From: Bacillota bacterium
GTDB taxonomy: Bacteria > Bacillota > Desulfotomaculia > Desulfotomaculales > Desulforudaceae
NCBI GenBank assembly: GCA_040757205.1
Contig: JBFLXL010000007.1
Location: 44,143-108,142 of the forward strand
Direction: 5' to 3'
DNA: 64,000 nt
Shown: piece after piece, positions 35,291 to 43,733 of the stretch
Position numbering within the stretch: position 1 is the stretch's first letter
Layout: each line of letters starts with the position of its first letter
Notes under the pieces: generated by a model
What the model saw: only the letters and a program-made list of their open reading frames with translations
What the model was told of the DNA's origin: nothing
Database searches by the model: none
Made by a program: the position numbers and the translations under genes

Positions 35291-36225
35291 TTGAAGTAGT
35301 ATTGGACAATGTCTCTGGCCGGTGTGCCCCGGTTGGCCATCTCAAACGCCCCCCACTGGCTCATGCCGACCCCGTGCCCGTAGCCGGAACCCCGGAAGGT
35401 GACCTGGTCGCCCGCCACCTGAATCGACTGGATGCGCATCGATTTGAGCTGGGTACTCCCAATGGCGGTCCGGAAATCGGCTCCCGGCACCTCCGCGCGG
35501 CCGACCCGGAGGCGGGTTACCCGGTTTGAAGGCCCCCGCTTGACCACCTCAACCCGGTCGACGGTCCCCGGGTCCTGCCCGAGGGTGCGGACCGCCTGGG
35601 CTACCTGGGCTTTGGAGAACGTTGCCGTCCAGTTGGCGTCGTCGGGCGGCGCCTGGTCGGAATCAGGCGAATCGATGGACTGGATGTAGGGCGGCTCGCG
35701 CCCTTTCCAATTCAAACCCTCCCGGGCCGTGGCCGTTTCCCCGCCCGCGTGGGCGTGAAACCAGGCGTTGATAAACCGGTTGCGGTGGATGGCCACCTCG
35801 CCCCGGGTTTCCGTCACCGCCCTGCGGATCCGGTCGTTCACTTCGGCGGCGTTCCAGGCCTGGGCCTCCTCGATGTCGGTGGAGATGTGCGCGCCCTCAT
35901 ACCTTGAGTCTTTTTCGGCGATGAACTTCAGCGCGAAGGTCCGGGCCAGGATGGCCTGCGCGGCCAGGGCTTCCTCCGGCCAGTCGTTGCGCATCTCTCC
36001 GGCCAGCACTCCGGCGACGTAGTCCTCAAAGTTCATATCCCGGAGTTGCTTGGCTTCGACATCGTAAACCCGGAGCACCGGCACCTGGCGTTCCCCCCGG
36101 GCGATCTCGGGCGGGATTCGCGGCGTCCGCATCTGGGTCCAGGCAAAAATCGCGCCTCCGATCACCAGCGCCAGGATCACCGCCCCGATCGGCCAGAGCT
36201 TTTTGTACTTGTCCACCATCGGCAT
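35260..36225 (-). CDS. spoIID: Stage II sporulation protein D
   Basis: SpoIID/LytB domain (AQAILARTF ... HAGG ... GYGHGVGMSQWGA). ATG at 36225 follows GGGGGGTGG. A terminator sits inside the longer track ORF. Confidence 0.85.
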   Translation of the reverse strand: MPMVDKYKKLWPIGAVILALVIGGAIFAWTQMRTPRIPPEIARGERQVPVLRVYDVEAKQLRDMNFEDYVAGVLAGEMRNDWPEEALAAQAILARTFALKFIAEKDSRYEGAHISTDIEEAQAWNAAEVNDRIRRAVTETRGEVAIHRNRFINAWFHAHAGGETATAREGLNWKGREPPYIQSIDSPDSDQAPPDDANWTATFSKAQVAQAVRTLGQDPGTVDRVEVVKRGPSNRVTRLRVGRAEVPGADFRTAIGSTQLKSMRIQSIQVAGDQVTFRGSGYGHGVGMSQWGAFEMANRGTPARDIVQYYFNGIRIEKLWE

Positions 36226-36462
36226 TCTTTCCACCCCCCTTTTAACCCTTATTGTTTGAGAAAAGACGGGGTAGTAATTAGGCAAATAATGGCGGGTGGA
36301 CGAAAAAGAAAAGAACCGGTTACCCCGGTTCTGGCTACAATTCCCCCAGGCTTTTGAGAAAGCGCCCCGGCCCCGACTTTATAGTGGCCGTCAGTCGTCG
36401 GCCGTCAGTAGTCCCCGACTACTGACCACCGACCACTGACCACCGACCACCATTTTTGGAGG

Positions 36463-38700
36463 CTAGCACTTGGCGAACCCGCAGTGCGGGCACACGTAGC
36501 AGCCCTCGGCCCGGTTCATCCGGAGCCCGCAGATCTCGCAGCGGTCCGGTTCGAGGTCGGCGTCCGGATCGGCGGGCCGCTTCGCGGGCGCCTCACCCCC
36601 GTTGCAACGGCGGGCCAAGTCCGCCTGGATCTCGACCAGTTTACGGGCGATAGCCGAGGCGCAGGACTTGCCCGGAGAAAGCTGCCGGCCGCGTCCGCGG
36701 GCCAACTGGTAGGACGGGCAAGCGTGCGTGCTCTGGAGCTGCCCGATGATCTCCTCCAACCCTATTCCGGCCCTGATCGCCAGGCTGATCAGGCGCGAAG
36801 TGGCTTCCGTGTAGATCAGGCAGCCCCCGTCCGAACCGGTGGTGATGAACGTCTCCAGGATCTCGCCGGTCGCGGGGTGGTAGTTCACGGTCAGGTAGAT
36901 CTTGCCGCATCCGGAGTCCAGCCGGTGCGTGACCCCCTGGGCGTTCTCCGGCCGGGGCATGATCTCGCCTCGGGCCAACTCGCCCGGCACGGGTTCCCGC
37001 TTCTTCCGCCCCACCGTCACCACGCCCTGCTTGCAGCCGTCCCGGAAAACGGTGATGCCCTTGAGCCCCAGTTCATAGGCCTGCCGGTAGCAGGTTTCGA
37101 TGTCGTAAATGGTGGCCGAATTCGGCAAATTAATTGTTTTCGAAACTGCATTGCACACGTATTTCTGCACTTCGGCCTGCATCAGGATGTGGTCGCGCGG
37201 GCTGATTTCCTGCGCCCCTTTGAAGATCCGGGCCAGTTCGGCGGGCACCCCCTCCACGCCCTGGCAGCCGCCGCGGCGGGCCACCTCGGACATCACCTCG
37301 CGGGCCACCCCGTACCGCTCACAGGCCGCCAGGAACAACGGCGAGAATACCTCGAACGAACCGGCCACGTCGGTGTCCTTCGTGTAGGCCACCGCAAAAA
37401 TGGGCTCGATGCCGTAGCCCTCGCAACCGGCGATCGTGGTCACGCTCCCGGTGGGCGCCACGGTAATGCAGGCCGCGTTGCGCCGCTTCTCGCGGGGGTG
37501 GAACACGCTCCGTTTCCACTCCGGGAAACAGCCCCGCTCGTCGGCCAGGTCGCGGGAGTAGGCGAGCGCCGCGTCCTGCACCGCCTTGAACACGGTGCTC
37601 GCGAAGCGGCGGCCGTCTTCCGAATCGTAGGCCAGGCCCGTCTTGATCAGGAGGTCGTGCAGGCCGGTGTACCCCAGGCCCACCTTGCGGGTGGCCCGGG
37701 TGGCTTCGGCGATGAACTCCAGCGGGTACTCGGCCGTGTCGATGAGGTTGTCCAGGAAACGGATCCCCAGCCGCACCGTGTCGCGCAAAAGTTCCCAGTC
37801 CACCACGTACCCGTCCGGGCCGGCTTTCAGCATCCGGGCGAGATTCACGCTGCCCAGCAGGCAAGACTCCCCGGGAGAAAGCGGCTGTTCGCCACACGGG
37901 TTGGTGGCGTTGATTTCCTTTGCCGGAACCGGGTTGTCCCGCTGCAGGCGGTCCAGGTAGATAATCCCGGGGTCCCCGCAGGCGTGCGCGGACTCGGTGA
38001 TCAGGTCCCAGAGTTCCCGGGCCCGTACCGTCTGGTGCACCTCCCCGTTGAACACCAGCGGCCACTCCTCGTCCCGCTCCAGGGCCTCCATAAACGCGCC
38101 GGTCACTCCCACCGAGAGGTTGAAGTGGGTGATGTCCCCGCCGCGTTTGCTGTTGATGAAGTGCATGATCTCGGGGTGGTCGATGTTCAAAATGCCCATG
38201 GAGGCGCCCCGGCGGACGCCGCCCTGCATCACCATGCCGGAGGAGGCGTCGTAGAGGCGGATCAATTCCACCACGCCCGAAGCCTGTCCCTTGGTGGACC
38301 GCACCATCGCCCCCCGCGGGCGGATGGCGCTGAAGTTGTAGCCCACTCCGCCGCCGGACTTGAATACCATCGCCGTGTCCTTGAGGGTCTGGTACATGGA
38401 CTCCAGGGAATCGTCGACGGCCAGCACGAAGCAGGCCCCCGGCTGCCAGGGGCGGTCGGTTTTCCCGATGTTCGCCCAAATGGGCGTTGAGGGGACAAAA
38501 AGCAGGCCGCCGATGGAAGCGGCGAACTTCTCTTCCCAGGCGGCCCGGTCTTCCGGCTTCTCGGCCAGGGCGGTGGTCCGCGCCAGACGGCAAACCGCTT
38601 GTTCAAAGGTCTCGGTCACCCGGCCCTGCTCGTCTTTTGCCGCGTAGCGGGCTGCAAATACTTTCTGGCCACTGTCACTGAGTTGGGCGATTTCCACCAT
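36463..38700 (-). CDS. nrdJ: Adenosylcobalamin-dependent (class II) ribonucleotide reductase
   Basis: 745 aa with NPCGEQPL, GLGYTGL and TVAPTGS motifs, and a C-terminal CxxC...CxxC zinc ribbon. Confidence 0.9.
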   Translation of the reverse strand: MVEIAQLSDSGQKVFAARYAAKDEQGRVTETFEQAVCRLARTTALAEKPEDRAAWEEKFAASIGGLLFVPSTPIWANIGKTDRPWQPGACFVLAVDDSLESMYQTLKDTAMVFKSGGGVGYNFSAIRPRGAMVRSTKGQASGVVELIRLYDASSGMVMQGGVRRGASMGILNIDHPEIMHFINSKRGGDITHFNLSVGVTGAFMEALERDEEWPLVFNGEVHQTVRARELWDLITESAHACGDPGIIYLDRLQRDNPVPAKEINATNPCGEQPLSPGESCLLGSVNLARMLKAGPDGYVVDWELLRDTVRLGIRFLDNLIDTAEYPLEFIAEATRATRKVGLGYTGLHDLLIKTGLAYDSEDGRRFASTVFKAVQDAALAYSRDLADERGCFPEWKRSVFHPREKRRNAACITVAPTGSVTTIAGCEGYGIEPIFAVAYTKDTDVAGSFEVFSPLFLAACERYGVAREVMSEVARRGGCQGVEGVPAELARIFKGAQEISPRDHILMQAEVQKYVCNAVSKTINLPNSATIYDIETCYRQAYELGLKGITVFRDGCKQGVVTVGRKKREPVPGELARGEIMPRPENAQGVTHRLDSGCGKIYLTVNYHPATGEILETFITTGSDGGCLIYTEATSRLISLAIRAGIGLEEIIGQLQSTHACPSYQLARGRGRQLSPGKSCASAIARKLVEIQADLARRCNGGEAPAKRPADPDADLEPDRCEICGLRMNRAEGCYVCPHCGFAKC

Positions 38701-38755
38701 ACCAGCGCACGCCTCCTGTTTCTCTATAATGGCCGGGTCTGATTCTCACTCCTTA

Positions 38756-38785
38756 ATTATTCTCTTTTGAGCCCGCCGTTGTCAA
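38756..38785 (-). promoter_or_regulatory. Candidate promoter of nrdJ
   Basis: The minus strand reads TTGACA, 18 nt spacer, AATAAT, ~55 nt upstream of the ATG. Confidence 0.45.
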
Positions 38786-38957
38786 TTCTTTGCAGGACGC
38801 CTCCGGAGCGGTGTTTGAATCTGGTCATCAGAATTTAGCGAAATACAAAACCAAAGACGGTGGTCTCATTTCAAATTCAATGTTACAATTTCTTCAACAA
38901 TGCCGGATCCCCATCAACAGTGTGAAACATACTTATTATGAGGAGGTAGTCGGGCAA

Positions 38958-39956
38958 ATGACCTTGCGAATCGGTATCAGTGGGTTCGGGCGCATCGGGC
39001 GTTGCATCTTCCGGATCGCCCGCCGGCACCCCGGCGTCCAGGTGGTGGCCGTCAACGACCTGGGGGATATCAAGACTCTGGCTCACCTGCTCAAATTCGA
39101 CTCGGCGCACGGCAACCTGAAAGCCAAGCTCCGGGTCGACGGCGACCGGATCTGGGTGGACGACGAGGAAACGGTGGTTTTCGGCAAGTCCGCGCCCGAG
39201 GAGCTGCCCTGGGGAGCGTACGGCGTAGACGTGGTAATCGAGTCCACCGGAAGGTTCCGCAGCATCCAGGAGGCCGGCCGGCACCTGGCCGGCGGGGCGT
39301 CCCGGGTCGTGGTCACCGCCCCGCTCAAAGGTCCGGGACGGACCATCGTGATGGGGGTGAACGAGCAGGATTACGATCCGGCCACGGACACGGTGGTGTC
39401 CGGCGCTTCCTGCACCACCAATTGCCTGGCCCCGATCGCCAAGGTGCTGGGGTCGCACTTCAGGGTCCGTTCATCCATGGTTTCAACCGTCCACGCCTAC
39501 ACCAACGATCAACGGCTGCTGGACTCGGCGCATTCGGACCTGCGGCGGGCCCGGGCGGCCGCCCTTTCCATCGTGCCCACCACCACCGGCGCCGCCAAGG
39601 CCGTCGGCCTGGTCCTACCCGAGTATAAGGGGCACTTTGAGGGACTGTCTTTCCGGGTGCCCGTTCCGGTGGTCTCGGTGCTGGACGCCGTTTTCCAGGT
39701 GGAAACCCCGGTCAACGCCGAAGAGGTCAACGCCGTTTTGCGCGATGCCGCCAAGACACCGCCCCTGCAGGGGATCCTGGATTTCATCGAGGACCCGGTG
39801 GTTTCCTGCGACATCATCAGAAACACCCACTCCTCCGTTGTGGACGGGCTGTTGACGGCGGCAGTCGATCAGTTGGTCAAAGTGGTGTCCTGGTATGACA
39901 ACGAATGGGGTTACGCCTGCCGGATGTTGGACCTGGCGGCCCACATCGCGAGGTAG
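38958..39956 (+). CDS. gap: Glyceraldehyde-3-phosphate dehydrogenase, type I
   Basis: MTLRIGISGFGRIGR with AGGAGG RBS, and the SCTTNC active site. The track ORF start at 38790 is an upstream extension. Confidence 0.92.
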   Translation: MTLRIGISGFGRIGRCIFRIARRHPGVQVVAVNDLGDIKTLAHLLKFDSAHGNLKAKLRVDGDRIWVDDEETVVFGKSAPEELPWGAYGVDVVIESTGRFRSIQEAGRHLAGGASRVVVTAPLKGPGRTIVMGVNEQDYDPATDTVVSGASCTTNCLAPIAKVLGSHFRVRSSMVSTVHAYTNDQRLLDSAHSDLRRARAAALSIVPTTTGAAKAVGLVLPEYKGHFEGLSFRVPVPVVSVLDAVFQVETPVNAEEVNAVLRDAAKTPPLQGILDFIEDPVVSCDIIRNTHSSVVDGLLTAAVDQLVKVVSWYDNEWGYACRMLDLAAHIAR

Positions 39957-39997
39957 CCGCAATGAGCCGGGGACGGGCATCGAGCACCGTCCCCGCT

Positions 39998-40264
39998 TCA
40001 GTCATAAACGCTCAAGCCACGCTCGTGGTCAAGCCGCTCCAGAAAGCCCTCGAAATCCTCGGTATCCAGGCGACGGCCTCCGTCTTTGCCTTCCATCATC
40101 TGAGACAACACGTCGAACAGGACCTCGCTGTCCGCCTCCCCGGCGTCGGCAACGAACTCCGTATTCCTGTACTTGTTGGCCGCCCAACCCGAAATCTCCT
40201 CGTAAGACAGGTACCCGTTCAGGTAGAGCTTGATCATTCCCCGTACCAGGTCACTGCCGATCAA
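39998..40264 (-). CDS. Hypothetical acidic protein
   Basis: 88 aa ORF, no recognised family. Confidence 0.4.
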   Translation of the reverse strand: MIGSDLVRGMIKLYLNGYLSYEEISGWAANKYRNTEFVADAGEADSEVLFDVLSQMMEGKDGGRRLDTEDFEGFLERLDHERGLSVYD

Positions 40265-40702
40265 AATGCTCCTCTCCTTTTCTGTCTGTTTACCGATATA
40301 TTATGTATCGAACCGGCGGTCAAAACTCCGGCCATTGTTTGCCATCAGATAAGCCGAAAGCCAAAGACTCCGGCCGGCATCCAAACCTGCCGTCCCAATA
40401 CTCCCCCCAACAGGCCTTGATTTCTTTCCCGCTTGAGCAACGCTGAATCGTCGTGAGCGAATCCCTCGGCAATTCCCAGTCATCGAGCAATCAGGGCCCG
40501 ATACTTCCGGGCCGGCTTGGTAGTTACTTGATTCTCTAGGCTAGAACCAAAAACGGTCCGGCAACGTCTTGAACTGTAAAGGCAGCCTTGAGAAGGAACG
40601 CCGGCACCCGAAAACCTCGACCGGACGCGCAATTGTCGCCGCCGCGTCAAAAACAGGATTTTGCGCGTCCCACCACGAAACAATCTCCGGGTGAATAGGC
40701 GA

Positions 40703-41281
40703 ATGGCGTTTGAACTGCTGAAACGAAGACTGATGGCGCGCGACATCCAGACCCTCGAGGAACTGTTCAACCAGTTCCGCGAGACGGTTTACAAGTCGGC
40801 TTACTTCGTTACGCACGATCACATGCTGGCAGAGGACGTGGTCCAAAATACTTTTCTGAAAGCTTATGATAAAATTGAGCAGTTGAAGGACCCTTCCCGG
40901 GTCGAATCGTGGCTGATCCGAATCGCCGTAAACCAGGCCCGCGACGAGTTAAGGCGCCGGCGCCGGCAGGCGTGGTCTTCTGAGGAGGACGTCCATCTGC
41001 CCGCCCCCCGGGAAGAGTTGCCGGAATTCCAAGTGGTGGCCCGGGAGGAACACGCGGTGATCAGCGCCGCGATCGGCGGCTTGGCCGCCGAGTACCAAGA
41101 CGTGATCCTGCTCAAGTACCAGTTTGAAATGACCACCAAGAGGATTGCCGAAACCCTGAATATTCCGGAGGGCACGGTGAAGACCCGGCTCCGGAAAGCC
41201 CGCGCGGTGCTGGAGAGCGTGCTCCGGGAATCCGGATTCGCCGAACCGGAACCGGAAGGAGGTGAACCAGGTGTCCAGTAA
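40703..41281 (+). CDS. ECF-type RNA polymerase sigma factor
   Basis: Region 2 (AEDVVQNTFLKAY...WLIRIAVNQARD) and region 4 (TKRIAETLNIPEGTVKTRL). Confidence 0.85.
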   Translation: MAFELLKRRLMARDIQTLEELFNQFRETVYKSAYFVTHDHMLAEDVVQNTFLKAYDKIEQLKDPSRVESWLIRIAVNQARDELRRRRRQAWSSEEDVHLPAPREELPEFQVVAREEHAVISAAIGGLAAEYQDVILLKYQFEMTTKRIAETLNIPEGTVKTRLRKARAVLESVLRESGFAEPEPEGGEPGVQ

Positions 41282-42212
41282 ATGGAGTGAAGACAGTTGG
41301 GACGAATTGATGCGCAAGGCGGTCCAACACCGTATGGCCTCGGCCCCCGAGTCCCGGCCTGACGCGCAGTGGCAGCGCCTTCGCCGGCATCTGGACGCCA
41401 AGCCCCGCCGTGCAGGTTGGGTGAACCTGGGTCCCTGGTCCTTCTCCAGGCTGGGCCTGGCCGCCTATTGCCTGATGCTGGCCATCCTGGTGGCACCTCT
41501 GGCCTTTTCCGAGCAACTGACGGGTATTGCCGGCCGGTTGTTCACCCCGGTTGCTTTGACGCAAAAAGCCCCTCCGGCCGAAAAGGCCGAGGTGGCGAAA
41601 GACACTGCCGAGGAAAGGTTGGCTTCGACCGCGCCGGACGAAAAGGGGGGGGCTCTACTCTTCAGCACCGGCGGCGGCGAACCGGCCGATCCCGCGCCCG
41701 GAGCGCCGCAACTGGAAGCAGACCCGATGAAGGCGGCTCTTCCGGAGACGCCCGCGGGAAGTGAGCCGGTCGAAACCCAGGACGCGCCGCCCGAATCGGA
41801 GCTCCGGACCGTCGATGGAGAGCCTGCCGTCCGGCGCGGCCTCACCATCGACGAGGTAAAAGCGGCGGCGCCCTACCCGGTGAGGTTCCCCCGGTTGCTG
41901 CCGGAACGGTTCCGGCTGGCCGATATCACCTATGAGGCACACAGCGTGGAGACCGGCAAGGTGATCCTGTACTACGATCACCCGGAAGGCAAGTATCTGC
42001 GTGTCGAGCAGCAGCAAAACGGTCATGCCTTTGATGAACCGCCCATACTGGACGGCGTTTCCGAGCGGGTGACCGTAAACGGGTTCCCCGGCAAGATCGT
42101 CGTCCGTGGGGAAGAATGGTGCGTCATCCAGTGGATTGAGGGCGAAGTTGTATTCAGGATGTGGGGGCAGCTTTCACCAAACCAGATGAAAGAAATCGCG
42201 GAAGCGCTCTGA
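41271..42212 (+). CDS. Anti-sigma factor, single TM, C-terminal DUF4367-like domain
   Basis: Overlaps the sigma gene stop. GTG after GGAGGTGA. One TM helix, an Ala/Pro/Glu-rich linker and a conserved C-terminal domain. Confidence 0.7.
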   Translation: MSSKWSEDSWDELMRKAVQHRMASAPESRPDAQWQRLRRHLDAKPRRAGWVNLGPWSFSRLGLAAYCLMLAILVAPLAFSEQLTGIAGRLFTPVALTQKAPPAEKAEVAKDTAEERLASTAPDEKGGALLFSTGGGEPADPAPGAPQLEADPMKAALPETPAGSEPVETQDAPPESELRTVDGEPAVRRGLTIDEVKAAAPYPVRFPRLLPERFRLADITYEAHSVETGKVILYYDHPEGKYLRVEQQQNGHAFDEPPILDGVSERVTVNGFPGKIVVRGEEWCVIQWIEGEVVFRMWGQLSPNQMKEIAEAL

Positions 42213-42305
42213 GCCCGGGCCGGGAGCACGCCGGCCGGAAAGCGGACGGTAAGGCCGATTAAGAGAGGCTTAACGGACAAACAAGCACGCCTTGATGCGG
42301 CGAAG

Positions 42306-42375
42306 CCGGGGTACCTGCGCGGGGCACCCGCGTGGGGCACCCACGCCGTGGGTCGGATCGGCGCGGAGCGTACCG
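42306..42375. repeat. GC-rich hairpin repeat, copy A (intergenic)
   Basis: The plus strand reads GGGGTACCTGCGCGGGGCACCCGCGTGGGGCACCCACGCCGTGGGTCGGATCGG. Confidence 0.85.
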
Positions 42376-42446
42376 GCTGGTTCGTGAGCACTGAAACAGG
42401 CTCAGCCTGACAAAGCCGGGCGTGACTTTTTTAAAGCATCTTCTTT

Positions 42447-42671
42447 TTAGGAACTGAGCAGTTCCTCGCACGCTTGAATGATTCCCTTCAGTTCCCGGGC
42501 CAGCCGCTTGTCGGGGCACTGTTTGAGCGTGAGATTGTAGGCCAGGCGCAACTGGAACATGAGCCTGACCCTTTGCATGGGGCTGATCTCCTGCTCTTCC
42601 AGGCGCAGTGTCTCCATGAGGTTCCTGGAGTTGTATATCAGTACTTTGAATTCCTCAGCGCTGCTAGGCAT
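42447..42671 (-). CDS. Hypothetical small helical protein
   Basis: 74 aa ORF, no recognised family. Confidence 0.35.
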   Translation of the reverse strand: MPSSAEEFKVLIYNSRNLMETLRLEEQEISPMQRVRLMFQLRLAYNLTLKQCPDKRLARELKGIIQACEELLSS

Positions 42672-42894
42672 TGTCTACCTCGGCCACTACCCTGAAAATC
42701 CCCTCTCCTTCTGGGAGAGGGTCAGGGTGAGGGTATTTTCATCCTTCTGCTGGTGCCGCTAGAGCGGCATGGGTGTCTGTTTTATTGTTGCCGGCCGGAC
42801 TCGTCCACGACGGGGTTTAACTTAACAGACAACCTTAGCGCCTCTGGAGTTCCACAAAAACGCTGCCACTTGTTGGCTGAAAGACCTTAGCCCG

Positions 42895-43341
42895 CTACAT
42901 CCGGGCCTTTCCGGCACGCAGCATTCTGGTCAGGGCGGCTTCCAGGCGCCGGTCGTCGGCGGGCGTGCGCCGGCGCGGCCCCCTGGTGCGCCCGCCCCCC
43001 CGCCGGAAGCGGGATTTCAGCGCCCGCTCCTCCAGCAGAAAGGCCATCGCCTCGGGGCGGTACACCCGCCCGTCCGGAGACACGGCCTCCGCCTTGCGGC
43101 CCAAAACCAACGCCGCGAGGCCCCAGTCCTGGGTCACCACCACGTCGCCCGCCCGCGTCGCGTTCACCACTGCAATGTCGGCCTCCTCAGGCGCGTCCCC
43201 CACCACGATGTGCCGGTCCGATTCGATCCGGTGGTTGAAACCGGCCACGGTCCAGACCGGCACGCCGAAAACACGGCCCAGCCGCCGGCACACCTCCAGC
43301 GCCCCGCGCGGACAGGCGTCCGCGTCAATAATCAGTTTCAT
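42895..43341 (-). CDS. YaiI/YqxD family protein (DUF188)
   Basis: MKLIIDADACP N-terminus and VTQDWGLA motif. Confidence 0.8.
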   Translation of the reverse strand: MKLIIDADACPRGALEVCRRLGRVFGVPVWTVAGFNHRIESDRHIVVGDAPEEADIAVVNATRAGDVVVTQDWGLAALVLGRKAEAVSPDGRVYRPEAMAFLLEERALKSRFRRGGGRTRGPRRRTPADDRRLEAALTRMLRAGKARM

Positions 43342-43480
43342 AGGCCTCAGGCTCCCCCCGGAATCCACTAAAATGAACACCCCGCTCCGTTCTTGATACG
43401 GCGCCGACGCCGCAATCTCCTCCCGGGAACAAGGGGTGTTCTTGTCGGGTTCTGGGGGTGTCCGCCCCCATGTTGTCAGA

Positions 43481-43509
43481 AAGACCGGCCTTTGGGGAGG
43501 CCGGTCTTT
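43481..43509. terminator. Hairpin terminator
   Basis: AAAGACCGGCCT-loop-AGGCCGGTCTTT; T-rich on the minus strand after the DUF1540 gene. Confidence 0.6.
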
Positions 43510-43514
43510 CCGCG

Positions 43515-43667
43515 TTACCTTTTCCGCTTGAAGGTTTCACATTTGGTCTCGTCCGAGGACTTCGCGTTGCTTGCGTGGTTCCGGTCCACCTGGATCATCG
43601 GGGCGTCGCACTTCACGTTCTGGTTGTATTCGCACTCGGTGACCGTGCATTTGATTTCGTTAGGCAC
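43515..43667 (-). CDS. DUF1540 domain protein (50 aa)
   Basis: Below the track cutoff. GTG after AAAGGGGGTG. VPNEIKCTVTECEYNQNVKCDAPMIQVD...TKCETF carries the DUF1540 cysteine pattern. Confidence 0.7.
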   Translation of the reverse strand: MPNEIKCTVTECEYNQNVKCDAPMIQVDRNHASNAKSSDETKCETFKRKR

Positions 43668-43733
43668 TGGAATGTCACCCCCTTTACTTGAACTCCGGTT
43701 TAGTGTTCTTCAGGGGTGGACCGATTATGCATA

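Noticed and set aside
36484-38490. 668-aa plus-strand ORF
   Set aside because: Antisense to nrdJ, which has unambiguous class II RNR motifs. Low-complexity composition.
38701-38790. Cobalamin riboswitch or NrdR box upstream of nrdJ
   Set aside because: The leader is only ~55 nt after the candidate promoter, and I saw no B12-box or NrdR-box-like palindrome.
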